From the NCBI GenBank assembly GCA_020536535.1, contig JAHLWZ010000125.1:1-33230 (forward strand): 33,230 nucleotides of DNA. The letters run 5' to 3'. Shown piece by piece: positions 30,809 through 33,230 of the stretch. This DNA comes from Pelomyxa schiedti (taxonomy: Eukaryota; Protista; Evosea). Numbering within the stretch: the first letter of the stretch is position 1; each line of letters starts with the position of its first letter. The translations under genes and the position numbers were made by a program. The notes beneath the pieces were generated by a model. It did not search any database, was not told where the DNA came from, and saw nothing but the letters and a program-made list of their open reading frames with translations.

Positions 30809-32560
30809 ATGTGGGGGTGGTTGGCCAGCTCACAAAAAAAAGAAACAACAACACCCACAGCTGATGCACCAACGGCGACAAGTAAAACGCCAACGCCAAC
30901 AAACAAAGTAGTGGGCTACAATGGCGACATGAAGGACGGCGTGAAGCACGGCCGAGGGTTCATGAGGGGAGCCGACGGCGGCGACACCTACGAGGGCGAC
31001 TGGCACAAGAACAAGTGCGACGGGTGGGGTGTGTACCGCTGGGCAAACGGCAATTGGTTCGAGGGGCTGCTCAGGGGTGGTCACTGCCAAAGGGGCACAT
31101 ACCACAGCGAAAATGGTGTTGATGAATGGGAGGGGGAATGGAGCACCACAGAAAAGGAGATGCGAATGCAGGGTTGGGGCGCAAGGAGAGCCAAGAAGAT
31201 AGTAACAAATCCCAGTGACAATCGTGAGACCGTGACTCTGGAGACTGTGTATGCTGGTGAGTGGGACGGGGACAAGTACCATGGCTGTGGCACATGGCAC
31301 TCACCAGCAGGTGACATCTACCATGGTCAGTTTGATCACGGAAAGATTAGTGGCACAGGAAGAGCACTGTTTGGTGACAAAAGCCAAGGGGGTGGAGGAG
31401 GGAGTTACGTTGGGGAGTGGAGGGATGCTAAGTTCCATGGGAGGGGTGTCAGGATCTGGGGAGATGGGACGAGATACGAGGGAGATTGGGAGTGTGGGAA
31501 GGAGCATGGGGCAGGCACGAAAACGTGGGCATGTGATGGGACTTCAATTGGTGGTGTTTGGGAAATGGGTGTGATTAAGTCAGGAACAAAGAGGTGGCCA
31601 AATGGTGATGAGTTCACTGGAAAATTCACAATGAATGGTTGTTGTGGTGAAGGAACAGCCACATTCAGAAGTGGTGGGGCATCTACAACCAATACAGTGA
31701 CACTTGTTGGGACTTTCAAAAAGAACCTTTTCCAGGAAACAAAATGTGGTGGTGGTGGAGGAATGTGCTGCAACATTGGATATGGTGACATTCAATTGCA
31801 GGTGTGTACAAGATTAGAAGCCATCATTACTGAATGTTTTATGTAGGAAAAAGTGAGGATGTTGCAAGACACATTTGAGAAACAAACAATAGACAAAGAC
31901 ACTCAAAAAGAACGTAGGTGGTTTGAGTCTCTTGTTGTCTCATTCCTTCCCAACCACAGTGATGAACAACCAAATAAAAGAGTTGAAAGATAAAATGGAG
32001 CAACTGTCAAACAATCTTCACGAACAACTGGAACAACAAACAGAATGTGTGTAGTATGACCCTTCCTTTGCTTGTTGTATTTTCATTGAATCTTACAAAT
32101 CCCCAAAAAGTGATGCAAATACAAACCAAGGAGTTCAAGGAGCAAGAAGAATGTGTGTGAACTTTTTTGTTTTTTTTTTTGCTCATTCCCACGCAAGACA
32201 TTGAACACACCTTGCAACACATTCAACAGGGAATGTGGGTCAAATCAAATCAAATGGAAAACAAGTGCGTCATGAAAGAAGTGATGGTAACACTAGAAAC
32301 AAGCAACATCACATTTCATGAATCCTTTTGTTCACAGTGCCCTATTGACAAGGTAAAAACAACAAACCAACTCACCTACAGGGCGGGCACAACACCCAAA
32401 AAGGTTGTCAGGATGGAAGTTGAGAGGCGATTTGGAGTCGATGAAAGTCAGCAGGTTGTATCCCTTGTAGTTGGACAACAGGAATTGTCACTCTCTGACA
32501 CTTCATCAACTCTGTCTCAGGTTCTTCTCTCGCAAGCAACATCATCAGGTTTGCTGTTTG
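30809..32560 (+). CDS. K5: kinase-class MORN - coiled coil - UBL-like gene, truncated by gap
   Basis: MWGWL start; MORN exon ends DIQLQ|GT. Coiled-coil exons 31847-31913, 31960-32046, 32111-32152, then VVRMEVERRFGVDESQQ. The kinase portion is not visible. Confidence 0.78.
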
Positions 32561-32660
32561 NNNNNNNNNNNNNNNNNNNNNNNNNNNNNNNNNNNNNNNN
32601 NNNNNNNNNNNNNNNNNNNNNNNNNNNNNNNNNNNNNNNNNNNNNNNNNNNNNNNNNNNN

Positions 32661-33230
32661 CAATACTTCTTCTTTATTTTTCATTTAATAGTTCTTTAAG
32701 TTCACCACTGTGTTTGTATATTTATTTCTCTGTTCTCCGAATAAGATAAGCTGATCTAAAGCACTTCTAATTTGTCACGCAGTAGTTCACATCTCATCAA
32801 TTGACAGGGAGGAACAATTTGTAAGATCTTCCCCCTTGGGTGCCGCAACGATCCTCTTGTTAGTTTGCTTGTTTCTCTTTTATTTATTGAATGCCCAGAC
32901 GACCCACATCATTGCACACTGTCTCAAGCAGCAGAAGATATTCTGGCCTTGAACTATTTTAAAAACACTTCTAGGGTTCCGTTCACAGTCTGCAGCAAGC
33001 GATATTGAAAAAAAAGAGTATCATTGGTGCTGGTTTGCTTGCTCCTTTTTATTTCAATTATTGTAAAATAATTTAATAGTTTGAATTGTGTTTTGTTTGT
33101 GATTTGGCATCGCATGGTAGCCCACTTCTCACTGGTTCCCTTGCCAAGATTATTTAGGTGTAGGCCGACTTACCAAGGTAAATTCCCTTTTTATTATCAC
33201 CCCACTCAACAACAACAGGACCCTGTGGGA
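32661..33230 (+). repeat. Segmental duplicate of 17460-18064
   Basis: Direct sequence match up to the window end. Confidence 0.9.

Overview
Eukaryotic (protist-like) genomic DNA with compact genes, short 40-80 nt GT-AG introns and three 100-N placeholder gaps. Almost the whole window is one expanding gene cluster. Every member starts with an N-terminal MORN-repeat exon followed by a coiled coil, then carries one of two outputs. Output (i) is a putative ubiquitin-like domain plus an atypical TKL-type protein kinase with APQ in place of APE: 3 apparently intact genes, 2 gap-truncated genes, 1 nonsense pseudogene and many relics. Output (ii) is a C-terminal C3HC4 RING E3 ligase with IAP-type spacing: 4 genes. 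The cluster shows birth-and-death evolution: a kinase-class MORN exon joined to a RING output, an N-lobe/C-lobe chimeric kinase, a length-hypervariable MORN loop, 0-3 frame-preserving coiled-coil cassette exons, and a near-identical inverted segment. A 1.4 kb GC-rich insert bounded by a 20-bp direct repeat carries an intronless orphan CxxC/CxxC ORF. My leading hypothesis (inference) is a diversified sensor-effector (immune-receptor-like) array coupling MORN recognition to phosphorylation or ubiquitination. All gene models were spliced by eye and all identities were estimated by eye; no database searches were run.
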